Below, one piece after another: positions 25,421-38,774 of a stretch of DNA of 64,000 nt (positions within the stretch are counted from its first letter, which is position 1; every line of letters begins with the position of its first letter). The stretch is taken from NCBI GenBank assembly GCA_035221665.1, contig CM069138.1, forward strand, positions 71,548,001-71,612,000, given 5' to 3'. Source of the stretch: Okamejei kenojei (Eukaryota). The translations under genes and the position numbers were made by a program. A model generated the notes under the pieces. The model had not been told where the DNA came from, searched no databases, and saw nothing but the letters and a program-made list of their open reading frames with translations.

Positions 25421-25744
25421 GCCATTCCTCCCGCTATCTCTCGAATTTGATTAATTGATCAAGCTAAATTTGTGGTTGTGGTTATCAGCTGACAAAATAA
25501 AATTTGAGCTACTAGGTTATCTGAAGATAAAGCACTTTTGTACAGATCAAACTTGGTTTTACAAACTTTCCTCAGATGAGGCAGAGAGGTCAGCAGTTGT
25601 CTTTGCCAGGTAATTTCAAACATAGGAGATCTGGCCCATTGAGTCAGTACCAGTTCTAAGACATATCCCATTTCCCCACCTCCTTTACCTATTCTTTCAC
25701 GTAAGCCATAACAATGCCCTGGTTTTACCTACCTTCCGTCCACA

Positions 25745-25950
25745 CTTTTGGAAATTTATAGATAACAATCAACCTAATAACCTGCATATCATCGGGAGGT
25801 GGGAGGAAACCTGAACAATGATAGAAAACCCACACAGCCTGGGAAAGAAGCTACAAACTCCATGCACACATCACTCAAGGTCAGGTTCGCATCCAGGCTA
25901 CTGAAACTACAACACATCAGTGCAACCCGCTGCACACGGTGTACCCCACC
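25745..25950 (-). mobile_element. Old tRNA-SINE fragment
   Basis: gtgggaggaaacctgaac...aaacccacacag...caaactccatgcac is the reversed SINE core. Confidence 0.6.
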
Positions 25951-27971
25951 TGTTCTGTTAACTCTTTTAGTCTATTCCACAGTCCTTAACAGGGATGGTC
26001 TGATTGTTCACAATTATTTTCATTTAGAATGACAAATTAATAAAATGTGTAATTCTGAAAAAATTGGATTATTTCAAAGACAAAATGGTGATTGGCAATA
26101 TTCCTTTACTATTTTTTGCTTTTAAAATACTGGGTACAATTAAGCTTTGGCTAAGTATGTTGCTCTATAAATAATCATTGTTCTTTTTTACTTAAATATT
26201 CAGGTTTTCATTCATTCATATATATGATGAAGGTATTTAGTTTCAATTTAGAAGATAATTCACCTTAAATTAGTGAATAATGTTCTAAATTGAAACTAAA
26301 TACCTTCATTTTGTCATTGAACTTAGAGATTTTCGTAATATCTAAAATGAAATGAATAGTTTATGTGAATTGCATTGATGATTGGTTAATGGTGCATATA
26401 GTAATTAATTAATGTGAAGGGAGATTAAAAACTTGAAAATAACTTTTGACAACATTTTTCTCAAGCATTTTTCCCAGAAGTAAATGTCTCTATTAACCAC
26501 AATGACCCATTTAATTTATATCTGTGTGTGTAACATCTGTACAAATCATTGATATAAATTAAGATACAGTGAGAAGATTGAAAGATAGATGTTAGATCCA
26601 ACAGGGAGCTGGCTTTCAATGGCTTATGTTCAGCTTGCATCCTCTATAAAGTGTCAATTCATTCGGAATCAGATCACAATTATTGTTTAGATTAAGGTAC
26701 AATTTTGTATCTGACATCATGAGGTACATCTGATAAAGTGGGAGTGGTTATTCTTTCGCAACTTTAAATCTTGGAGTTTATGTGGCGATATAATATACAA
26801 TGTAGTCATTGCATCAAAGCTCCTCTCTCCTGTCCTACCTGAACCTATTACATTACTGCAACCATTTAATTTCCAAGAGCTTCAATAGGTAATTAGGTTA
26901 TAATGGATTCAGTATTTGGTCACTGTCTCTGTTTGTTGCCCAGCAGTTTGTGACATTCAGCATCAAAGGCTGCTGTATCGTATGGTCCTGGCCTGATACA
27001 TGCACCATCATCGTCCCATATGCCACATTATGTCAATCAATCCCTGTTTTCATTTACTTGGCTGTGAAGACACTTTTACAGCAAGTTACAGATTGCACAT
27101 AGCAATAAATGTTTCCATAAATGGACCCCAGCAGGTTTTATTTTTTTCATTTTGAATATCTTCTATTAAGCAAATATAGACAAGTCCAAGAGAGAATTTC
27201 ATTCCAAAAAAAAATAAACTTCAGGTCCATATGTTCAAGTTATATGCTACCAAATTTACCAGTCTCTGTTCTAATAAATACATGCATGGTTAGAAATGTA
27301 TGCTTCTTTTGGTATATGTAAACGGAATTAGGAATTTCAACAATCAATTTTTCTTTCCGAAAGCAGAGATTGTATAATGTATGCCATCCTGAATACAAGG
27401 TAAATTATAATCTCCTTTAAGCAATTGCCTGAAAGGATGTATATGTGCGAATAGATTTATTTCCGAGACCAGTTGTTTTGCACAAGGTTTTGCATTGAGT
27501 GAGGAGTTTTTAGTATTTAGTCTCTTAGTGTTCCACTAATCTGTTATTTAATGAGGAAGCGTCGGCTCAGAGAAGGGTAGTCAATATAAATCAGTGTTTA
27601 CAAAGTGTGATTAACTCTGAAATATTTCATCAGAGCTGCTGTCCCAGGTGGATGCGGTGCTAATTACAGGGAGTTGCATATGTTTCTAGGGGAATGTGAT
27701 GGACCCTGAGTGCTGCTAACATGAAGTATCAAGGTTACAATTACACTCACTGCCAACCTGCCTTGTCTGCACTGGCAATTTATGCACTCTGTGCGATGAC
27801 CCTCCTCTCCAGAGGACAATAAACAAAATGCATTTTCATTAAGACACTAATGTATTTAACCACAGAGGACCATGGAAGGTTGGGGAGGAGGGTAGGGAAG
27901 ACAGCACAGAGGGAAAAAGAGGTGGAACTGGTTTAAGAAATCAGATATCCAGCTATATCTCCTTTAAATGA

Positions 27972-28229
<258 letters not shown>

Positions 28230-30838
28230 TAAAGGTAAGGAAAAGCCTTAATAGATTTACCTTCTAAATGCATTGCAAAATATGGTGTAAATGAATGCGC
28301 TCACATTTCATTGTGATCCCTGCATCATTTTTATGTGACTGAAATAACATAAGCACACATAATATTAATGTCAATGTTATATGTTTCATTGATAAATCTG
28401 CAGAGGTAGGTAAAATAAATACACATCTGTTTTATATTTATTACATTCTGGTAGCTAATTTTGTAAGTTTTAACAAGCTCATTTCATGACTTTCATTGCT
28501 TTCAATTTATTTTTGAGAGGTGTTATCCGAATTAATAATGTGATGTGCATAACATTTAGGAGGTATAACTAATTATGATTGTTGTCCACAGTGGCCAGCA
28601 ATTTCACTAAACTTTTGCAATTATCTCAACAATAGGATTTATGAAAGCCAATTATTTGAGTTTTCCCCCACATGTATATTCAAGTACTGAAACTACGTCA
28701 ATAAAGAAGCTTCATGTAAATAATTTCCTCTTCTGATTATAAGAGTTCAATTCCAAAGTTCTATTTCAACAAGCATTTCATGTCATCACAGAGTCACCAA
28801 GTAGAAGATTACATGAAATTGGAGATTCAATTTTGAGCTTGTGGGGGTGCAAAGGTGTTGTGGAGGTTAGGAAGGGAACTGAGTTTGTGTGGATTCTCCT
28901 AACTTAATCACACTTTTACCTTACCTGTTCTTAAAACTGTGTTTGTCACAACCATTAACTAGCCCAGCTTGCAAGCTATCTCAGAACACATGATCCTGTG
29001 TCTTCAAAAAGCACGCAAGATATAGAACGAAAGTACACAGGGAGACAGTTTCAATTTTTATAAACAGACCATCAAAATAAATAGTGAAATAATATGTTGG
29101 AAGGATTTCTGTGCGTTTTGCATGAGTCGGAAGCCTGACCTCTGCAAGAGGAGCACTCATGGTACTTTGTAATTAAATGTTAATAGTAATGGCTCTTGAA
29201 AGAGAGAGAATCCCCTTTATCACCTTCTACTAGACTGCATTTTAAAACCACCACAAATCAAATGCACATGACCTACCTTTACAAATGTGGCCATCTTTCA
29301 CGGAATAAATAAATATGAAATTGAGCTAATCCACTTCAGATACCACATTGGACTGAGAAGATGGATCATTTTACAACATAATTCAATTTATTAATGTATC
29401 TTGAAATGTTTAATGTCAGGAATTTGCAAAACAAAATTGTTGTGAAATGCTGACACAGCTAAAAGGACACTGTCATTGTAATGTCATTGTTACACTGATC
29501 TCTGCATCAAGGCTCACTCTGCGTTGCTACCTAAAATACAGATGATGTTACTTCAACCTCAAAGTTATTGCCGTGCGTGACGCTTACTCCAAAACTAGGT
29601 TCTGAGAATTTTACCTTCAAACAAACACAGCTTATGGCAAATTAAGAGCCCATTTTACATTACAATTTAAAACAATTTTTTGAGTCACATTCGTTTATTT
29701 CTAAGTAATAGAAAGTAATGATGTTAAAAGCAGCATGGCGTGCATAGAAGTTTGCAATGCTGCCCTAGCCCTTTCCATCTGTCTTTCCATTCACAAATTA
29801 CGGAAAAGGGTAATCAAGCTTTAAAACTGGGTGCTTTTACATGTGCACCGAACACATATGTTGCCAGCATTGCATCAGCAAGTGTAGAATAACCTTGGGA
29901 GTATTCTTTTCTGAAAACCTAAAATTTCTGATGCGGTGTGTTTCATATCCCTTTCATATCCCTTTCCTTTTACAAAAATAAAACCCAGTAATGGAATTGT
30001 TTGCTTCATTCTTGCTGCGTTGCCGGATTGAGCACCTTTGGTAGCTACTGTTTCTTCACATCTGCCAAGATAGATCTCTGTGTTACGCGGCAGAAACGCA
30101 TTATGCAGGCTTGTTTTAAATGTTTTAACATTTGCTTATGTGCAAGAGTTTAGATGACAGCTCAGTAATTGATAAGGGAAGTTGGAGACAGGTCTGACGG
30201 ATGTTGTGCTAGTTTTGATATGGCATCTTTCCCCAGGAGCCTTCAGACAAATAGCAGCCTTTTGTTCTACTCCCAGCCACCCATATACACATATATCAAC
30301 ATGGCACTCCCATTTGTTGTGATGTGGCTCAGTTTGATACTGGGGTCCTTCCCCGCGCTGGAATTACTGCTTCAAATAGGCAATTAGGGTGGCCACAATG
30401 GAAACCTTGAACACTCTGTAGCCCTAATGAAGCACAAATTTGGATGTAGAACATGAAGGTATTCAAAGTTTGGATTGCCCTCTGGGAAGAAGATTACCAT
30501 TGGGAGCAATCATAATGCACAGATACTCCTCCTTTATATATATATATATATATTTTTATGAACTGCTCTCAGATCTCAGTTTTGCTTCACGGTGACAAGG
30601 AAGAAATTCTGCCATATCTTGTTACGTTGTCATGTGTTTCTGCCGTGGCTGTTAGTTCATTTGCCAGTATTCAAATCGGTTGCTTAATAGAAGAACTGTT
30701 GTGTTGCTTTAATATTCATCAAATGGTTTATTTTCTCTACATTTTAACAATATCATTTTAACATTTCATCAGTGTGGTAAAAGCTTCAGTTAGGGACAGT
30801 ATTATGATTACTGAAACTAAATGAGGCAATATATATAT

Positions 30839-30875
30839 ACAGTGCATTTAAAGGCAATTATTAGTTTGGATATTT

Positions 30876-30949
<74 letters not shown>

Positions 30950-30986
30950 AAATATCCAAGCTAATAATTGCCTTTAAATGCACTGT
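30839..30986. repeat. ~148-bp palindrome centred on an (AT)n tract
   Basis: acagtgcatttaaaggcaattattagtttggatatttacaat-(AT)n-attgtaaatatccaagctaataattgcctttaaatgcactgt, with one mismatch between the arms. Confidence 0.95.
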
Positions 30987-31257
30987 TGTAATTCCTGACC
31001 ATGTTAATCAGTGGACGTTAATATTACTATCTACCCATATAGTTATTTGGTACCTTATATTTTAAGATAATTCAAACATTTGTGTGGTAATTTTAATTCT
31101 GTTTATTCAATGGACGTCTAGGAAGTGGCTAGTTAAAATTGGCCTAGTGACTTAGTTTCTTCCTTAGTCCTGCTCACCATTTTCAACCAGCACTGCTGAT
31201 CCGACAGCAAAGACTGGTGAAGCCTGTTCATCTGGTGGGACCTTCAATTAAAGAGCA

Positions 31258-31374
31258 AATCAATCTGTAAATGGCTCGATTATAATCGTGTTTTGTCTTT
31301 TTGCTGACTGGTCAGTACGCAACAAACACTTTTCCCCGTACCTCGGTACACTTGACTATAAACTAAACTAAACT
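31258..31374 (+). mobile_element. Retroposon 3' end with (AAACT)n tail
   Basis: cttttccccgtacctcggtacacttgactataaactaaactaaact; a related reverse-orientation copy lies at 47996-48085. Confidence 0.65.
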
Positions 31375-32321
31375 TTGATTATGTTAGCCTGGACTAAAAT
31401 GTTAACTCTGGTCAGATTGGGGGAACTGCTGTACACTTTGCTGCCAATGCGATGGGGAGATGATCCATAGTCCAAATAAGTATATTTTCTTCACACTTTC
31501 TCTGTTGATCAAGACTTCTCCCCAGACAGGACCTGTGCAAACCCTTCTTTTCATTGTTTTTAGACGTAGTTGGTATTTTGGAAATAAAGTCACGTAGTAT
31601 AAGCTGCTGAGATCAGTACAGTGTAGTGCTCACCTTACATTCCATCCATCCTGGTTAAAATCGGGACTGTTGTGGCCAGTTTGGGTGCTGGATCTTTTTT
31701 ATGGTCCTGTCACATGCATCGCTGCAAGTGGTGAGCTTTATTTGAAAATGCAGCTGGTGTCATTCAGATAGCATACTTTAAAGAATGAATACAAATTCTG
31801 ATTCAACTTAGTGCAAGTTAAACCTCTATATTTGATTACATTTTTCATTTTGACTGTATTACTAAACATGCTCAAACTCTATTTCACTAAAAAGGCATTT
31901 CAATCGATACTTTAGCAATTCCTGTGAATCACCTGTGAAGCTCCAAAATCTTACAACAATTTGATAAAAACATCACCCATGAATAGATTCTAATTGGAAC
32001 AATCTGCTGTCAGATTTGCAAATCAAGGTATGGGAATTATATCGTGAGTGAGAAGTATCAGTTCAATATTTTTGCTCAACTTTACTTTATCGTTTAGTAG
32101 TTTTCCCCCCCCCCCCCCATAAAGATTTATGATGCCATTCACTCACACATCATGCGGCTGAATTCCCCAAAATGGCTGAGCTGTAACTCACCAGCACTGA
32201 AAATCTGTTAGTTGGAATTGGGTGGTGGTCACTTAATCGTGAAGGAAGTAATTTTACAGCTCCCTTTGTTGACTAGAAGGAGCAGAAATGTTCCTAATGT
32301 GTATCCTTCCTCCAAACTCTG

Positions 32322-32845
32322 CTCAGACCCGAAACATCACCCTTTCATTCTCTCCAGATATGCTACCTGTCCCACCGAGTTACTCCAGCATTATTCGCGT
32401 ATCTCCCACCCTCTCCCATCACCCAGTCATCCTGCTCCTTTCCCCTCCTTCCTACCAAGTTTTCCATCCCCGAGTCCCTCATTTTACTTTTACCCCCTCT
32501 CTTCCATCCCCTCCCAGTCCATTTCCACCCCTTTGGTTCTACATTTTCCTTCCTTTGACTATACATTTCACTCTTCTTATCTGAAACCTATTTTCTCCTT
32601 TTCACCTCCAGTTCTTATCACTTACTCCAACCATGTGCCAAACAAAACACCCTCAGCTGTATCCTTATATCACCTGCCAGGCTTTGTCCTGCCTCCACCT
32701 CTCTGTTCCAGCTTTCTCCCCCCCCCCCCCCCCCCCCCCCCCTACTACTACCAGTCTAAAGAAAGTTTCTGACCAAAAACGTTGCTTGTCCATTCCATCC
32801 ACAGACATTGCCTGACCCGCTGAGTTCCACCAGCATGTTGTGTTA
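32322..32845 (+). mobile_element. Penelope-like 3' region with tandem terminal repeats (degenerate)
   Basis: Terminal motif gacccgaaacatcacc...gagttactccagca at 32326-32391, then a pyrimidine-rich UTR, then a second motif cagtctaaagaaag...gacccgctgagttccaccagca at ~32752-32834. Confidence 0.7.
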
Positions 32846-35800
32846 TAATTGAGTGCACCATATCTCCTACTAAGCAAACTGCCTGCACCATTCAGCCAAT
32901 AGCTGCCATTTATCCTCAGCTCTGGCCAGCTCCCAAATGCCAACAATAGAATCCCCAACCATCATTCACACTTACTTGTGACGAGCACATGGTACCTCAA
33001 GATATGGTTCTACCCATGACCTGGATTCTCCAATTGATTGGAACAAATTCCCCAGCCACAGTCTCTCGGTCCCCAATGCGCCAACGTCCTCTCGTAGCCT
33101 ATGACCTTCTGAACCAGGCTTCAAGCCGATTGCCCTCCACCCTATCACTCGTACTGCTTGTGGCTGGGAACTTCTCCGGAAGAAGTTCTTTAGTTTAATT
33201 TTGCAGGAATAGTTGAGAAAACCATTCTTAGTTGAGCAAATCATAATATCACAGCAGCCCAGCCCGATACAGATTTTTTCCCTCCAGACTGAAATCCAAT
33301 CTAATGCTTCACTTTGTCTATTTAAAGTCAATCTATTTGTTTTGTCCTCATTAAGATGCCGGAAAGATGATTGACTTAATAAAACTCCGGAATCAAGATA
33401 TAAACAAGTTTTTTAATAAGAGCATTTTTCACTTCTCTTTCACTGACATTTACTTATTAATTTGTCAAAAGCTCTCTGTAATATGCTCCTGGCCTTTAGC
33501 ATTTCTGGCAGACAAAAAAAAAACAAAGGGAGAATAAAACAACAAATGCTACCACGTACTTTATCATATCGGACAAAAGGAAGAATTTTTTATACCATTC
33601 CAAAGTTGTAAAGTAAGTCCCCGTGGACTTTCTATTGATCAGGTAAGCATTTCCTGAACATGTTGTACTGTCAGGAGCTAATGGTGATTTTTGTCAAGTG
33701 TTGCCTTCTGGGAGCTTGAATACAATTAAGGGGTAAGTGTTGGTGAATATTTTCATACCCTTTGGAGGGTCTCGGGGGAGGAACTAGCAAGGGACACAAG
33801 ACATTTCCAGCTGTACTACGCTTTCCACAAGTAGTTTTTTTTTTCAAAAGATAAAAAGCAAACCTGCTCCTGACTGGCTGCCTTCCAAAACAGGATCCTC
33901 ATTTGAATGCAGAAATTGAGAATTAATCCGCTCATGCTATTTCCCTGCCTAAAGATATTTTTATATTTCATGTCAAATGTGAAGTTGATTATATCCTTAG
34001 AACGTTTATCTTTTGAACTTGCGCAGGGTTTAAATCCATTTCCTCATTTCTTTGAATGCTTACTTTTATTGAAATAGATCCATTACTTTAATGTTCTTAA
34101 ATTTCCTCAACTAATCTTTTGCAGAATAAGCAATTTATTCAGCCCAAACTTCCACCTATTTAAAAACAAGTTTTTGGAATTCTCGTTACTGATTATAACC
34201 AGTGTAGACCAATGCTCAAATCTGGATTGTGATAGTATCGATGCTTTCACCCAAGGCTAGAAGTATTATTTTTTTTCTTAAGTCAACCACTTTAATTGTT
34301 CCATGTGGAATTTGAAAAGAATTGGTGAGAGAGAAGGAGAGTGTATTGCAGCCAACAGATTTTGAACCAAATGTTGTAATTGTTGTGGTTACTATCCATT
34401 TATCAGATTATAAAAGTCAATTCGATTCTGAATGTATCTTGGTGACAAATGGACAGAAGGTTCCCCACATCATCCTGTTTACTTACATTTATGTAGATTG
34501 CCGTTTCTGGTTCATGAACCCATGACAAACAGAAGCCGAATAGCATTGCAAATAAAAGCTCAGAATTGCATTTCCATTGATTCCCTGTTAATCTTACAAG
34601 ATTTCCCCTCCTGTTAATATCAATATTTTTACTTTTAGGCACGTGGCTATTATACCCTTCAAATGTTATAGACTTTATTCATACACAATCTATTGTTCTT
34701 ATATTGACAATTTCCAAAGGGCCAAAGCATTCACAGTTTGTGAAACTGAAACTTTAAGAAAAAATATTTATTTTTATTTTTCAATAGGCAAAAGCCTATG
34801 TATTTCATGAATGCATTCGATTCCGAGTTTAGATGTACAATTGAACATTCTGTTCTTTATTAATGGTTGTTTTTAATCTAATAATGTCAGAAAAGATTCA
34901 AAAGCTTCTGAGCAAATCATCAAATAATTTCAGATATAGATCTTCCATATTATTTAACTTAACAAAACTTGTTTTGTTTTTTCATATCAAATTCTATTAA
35001 AGAAACTGAAAATATTAAATTACTGATTCAGTTGGAGCATCGATTAACAAAATAGCAAATTGCAAAAGTAAGACTCAAATAACTATTACTAGTCTTTATT
35101 ATATGATCGACAATTTACTATTTAAAGTATGACAATCGTTTTATAAAGAAGGGTGATCTTAAATCCATGATATAACTGAGGTAATGTTCAAAAGCTAAAA
35201 TGGTATCATCGGTATTCCATCTTAAACTGAATCCCAAGATATCACAAATCTTATAACTTCAAAACCAGGTGTATGCTTATATTCTTTAACTTTCAACTTG
35301 TACATAGATATACATGTTACATACTTGCACTCTTATAAAGGCACTCAGAAAGTCTTAACTGGTTTGTGAAAGTGAAGCAGCCATATCAGTGCCTAAAATA
35401 TTCACCTAAGCCCACAAGCTGTTTAAATGTCTAATTTGGGCTATATTTGGGAGTTGCTAAAGTGTTGAGATAAGATTAATCATACACAGACAAGTGACAG
35501 CTATGGCTAAGACCTCCAGTTCTGTATTCCTAGTGTCAAAATGTTGTCACAAGTCACAAATGGAATGTGGTGATCTCTGAATGGTGTCTTAACAAGGAAT
35601 AGTTTGAAACCAATACTCCAATTACCTCTGGGAAAATAACGAGGAGGTAATAACTCTTGACTTGCATTGAACTAACTGCAACATTTCAATGCAAAAAGCC
35701 TTTTCTTCAAAGATGGCACAATATTCCTCTACAACTCCTTATTTGGCTTACCACTGCAAAATAAAAGATAATATTCTTCTGTTTTTACTGAAAATTATAC

Positions 35801-38667
35801 GGAGACTTAACTTTGCTTTTGTTGCTTGTTATTACATGCCTGTTTTATTCAGAATCAACTGTAACATATTCCAGTTTCTTAAGTAATCTTACGTAGTTTT
35901 ACTAGGTGTAACAGTAGGAAACTGAAAAACAGACAAATGGGTTGCGAGTTAATATGATAATGATGACTGCCATTTAGTTAGATAGGCTGCGAGAATAAAA
36001 GCTATATCTCTTAATGCAATAGCTTGTTAGCACAATAGGTCTTCCTTTCCTCTTAAAGTATTAACAACTGCAAATGCCTGCAATGCACTCTTGACATCAG
36101 CCTGACCGCAAGTCTTGTGGCATACTCACCAGGGATGAGTGGTCGTTGTTGGCATAGCAAACTGTGTTTGTGACCTCAGCACTCTAGACAGCTGTTAAGA
36201 CCCTGCCTTTAATCGGCAAGGTTAGCAGGGTGCAGGTCTTTTCTCAGTGCATTGACCAGGGCCCCTATTGCATTAAGAGAAGAACAAAGACCGATGACAG
36301 CTCCTGATGTCTGGGCATTTCAAAAGCTGCCTCAAAAGTTCATCGTGATAGACTGGATTAGTGCACATTACTGCACCATTTGCCAAATATGGATGCCGTA
36401 TCCAACTAGTTTTTCTCTACATGTAACGTTATCCATTTTACATAAAATGCGAGCTGCTCCTGGAACCAACAGTTTGTCCTGTACAATTTTGTTTTTATCT
36501 GGCACAATAAATCCAGCTATTAGAATTTAAATCCCAGCACTTCTATTTCTTTTGTATCTGCCGTCGACGTGTATTACCCGGGTAGAAATTGTCAGAATTA
36601 CCAACTTAAAATCGTGCAAGGAAAAGTTAAGGAAAGAAGAACTGCTTTAAGGTTCAAGTGTTAAAGTGCTGTAATTCCATTTCAGAATGGAGCAAGATGA
36701 CAGCTGTTAATGAAAATTGAGACCCTCCCACTAGAATTACGGGTGATTAGAAATTTCAGCTAGATGACTGCTATACTGATAAATAATAATTTATTGAATG
36801 CCACCTCGCTGAGCGATCAAATTATCAACATTGTTATATATGGTTTTGAGTTCCCATTAGCATTTTGTACTGGTTTAGCTGTCTGCATTCAAAAACATGT
36901 GGTATTGGGGAATTCTGCAACTGTTCCCACATTCAAAGTAAGAAAGAGAAAAAAAAAAGATGTCACTGAGGGTCACAAATTATGTTCAGGTTTGACAGAT
37001 TGTAGCCTTGCTTTACAAGAGCAGTAACATCTCATTTGTCACAGTTTGATCAGTAAGTGCGTGAATGTAAGCGGAAGGCTTTCCATCTCAGCACCAATTT
37101 AATAGTTCTGAGGCTGTCACCAGGCTAGAGCCACCTGCCCAAGAATTGCAACACTGATCTGTTTTAATTTAATCGGCCGTCAATCGGAATGAAATCATAA
37201 ATCGTCTCCTTTGATTCCTCTGGCAGTACAGATTTTTTTCCTCTCAGTGATATTGCTGTTAGAAACTGCATTTTTGAAGGCCTCTGTAATCTTTATTTAA
37301 ATCCCAGAGAAGCCAAATGTGGTGACCAAACCGTTGGGATTCTCAGAATATTAGTGATATTGTTATTTCTTGACAAAGTGATGGACGTCATGCCTGGCTC
37401 AGGTTGTGGCAATTGCATGGAATCTCCTGAGCAGTGAGATGTAAGTGAATTACACAGATTATTTTAGTGGACTCGTGGAATAAACAGCCCACGCGCATTA
37501 AAGAGACAGCAGCTCGAATCGGCAAATTTGAAGAATGAAATAAACTGCGGCACTTGGGGAGTGCTGCACTTGCAAACTTGGTCACTGTAACAGATAAGAT
37601 AAATTCAACCCTCCCCCATGATGAAAATAACAAATGACAGCACATGCCCTGAAGGAGGCTACTGTCTCTTTAAGTGAGTTTACTAAATGCATTTCAGTTT
37701 TGAGAGTAAATGGAGTTAGTCTATTGTACATGTTTAATTCCCTATTAGTCCCCAGTGTTTACTGCTGTGGCCAAGCTGGGGCACCTGTAAATTGGGTTAA
37801 ATACAACACATTGTCTAAACATATCACAGTTACAATCATTCACCTCGAATGGTGATAAGAAACCTCTTGTATTATTGAATCTACAATGGGGAGGCTCTGC
37901 AGGCACAGAGATAACAGCTAGTTATTTCTCCTTAAGTAGAAAGAAAAACAGTGGCTTGAGCTTGCTGTTATGACTGTGACATTAATTATAACCCACTGAA
38001 TTGTTTTATGCTGCTGGAGTGGTTTTGAGATTAAGCTCGCCCTCCAAGCTCCTGTGCATATGGCTCTGATTAAAAATATTTGTCATTCAAGAAAACTTTC
38101 ATTTTCAAGCGGAGATGATGTATTTATTTTTCTCTGTGTAATCTTGCAGTTTTAATTAGTGGCACGCCAAAAAAACAGATTTGAATTATTTCAGCCTAGC
38201 AATTAAAATGGAATGCTAAGTGAAAGCTATTTCAGGTCCCCTATAGGGATTTAATGTTAACAATGTGTACTTTTTCTTTGGTGAATCCTTGATAAGCAGG
38301 AGGGCTAGACAGCTTTCATTATCATCAGAAGCACTTCATGGTCATTCTCTAGTATTTGAAAGGGATATTTGTTCTTTGTAAATGGTCAATTTTTCCAGGC
38401 TTTTGAAATATAATTTACAATTTTTAATTTGATTCAATTTGATTAAATCATTAATTAGCTTAGTGCTAATTTTCTGGAAAATAAACTGAGCAGGAAGGGT
38501 TAGCTTTATTAAGTTTACTTTGAGGGAGGTGTCAGTGACAGAAAATAAGCCGGCACAAACATGGGCAGACATGTTGTTAAATATAGCATCTTCTGTCATT
38601 GCCTCTGCAGTCACCCATCCTAGAAATATGCCAGATGGTGTCATTGTGGTGGTGTACTTTGGATAAG

Positions 38668-38774
38668 GTTATAGACACAAAATGCTGGAGTAACTCAGCA
38701 GGACAGGCAGCAGCATCTCTGGAGAGAAGGAATGGGTGACGTTTCAGGTTGAGGCCCTTCTTCAGACATAGGTC
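38668..38774 (-). mobile_element. Short Penelope-derived insertion (hammerhead-like core plus terminus)
   Basis: The reverse complement reads gtctgaagaagggcctcaacctgaaacgtcacccattcc...gctgagttactccagcattttgtgtcta. TSD TGGATAAG at 38660-38667 and 38775-38782. Confidence 0.8.

Noticed and set aside
32212-32772. 186-aa Pro/Ser-rich ORF
   Set aside because: It is a translation of the pyrimidine-rich Penelope 3' UTR and a poly-C tract, with no domain and a TTG start.
33051-33168. 10-bp inverted repeat CCCAGCCACA/TGTGGCTGGG as a MITE
   Set aside because: It is too short and has no TSD; it could be chance.
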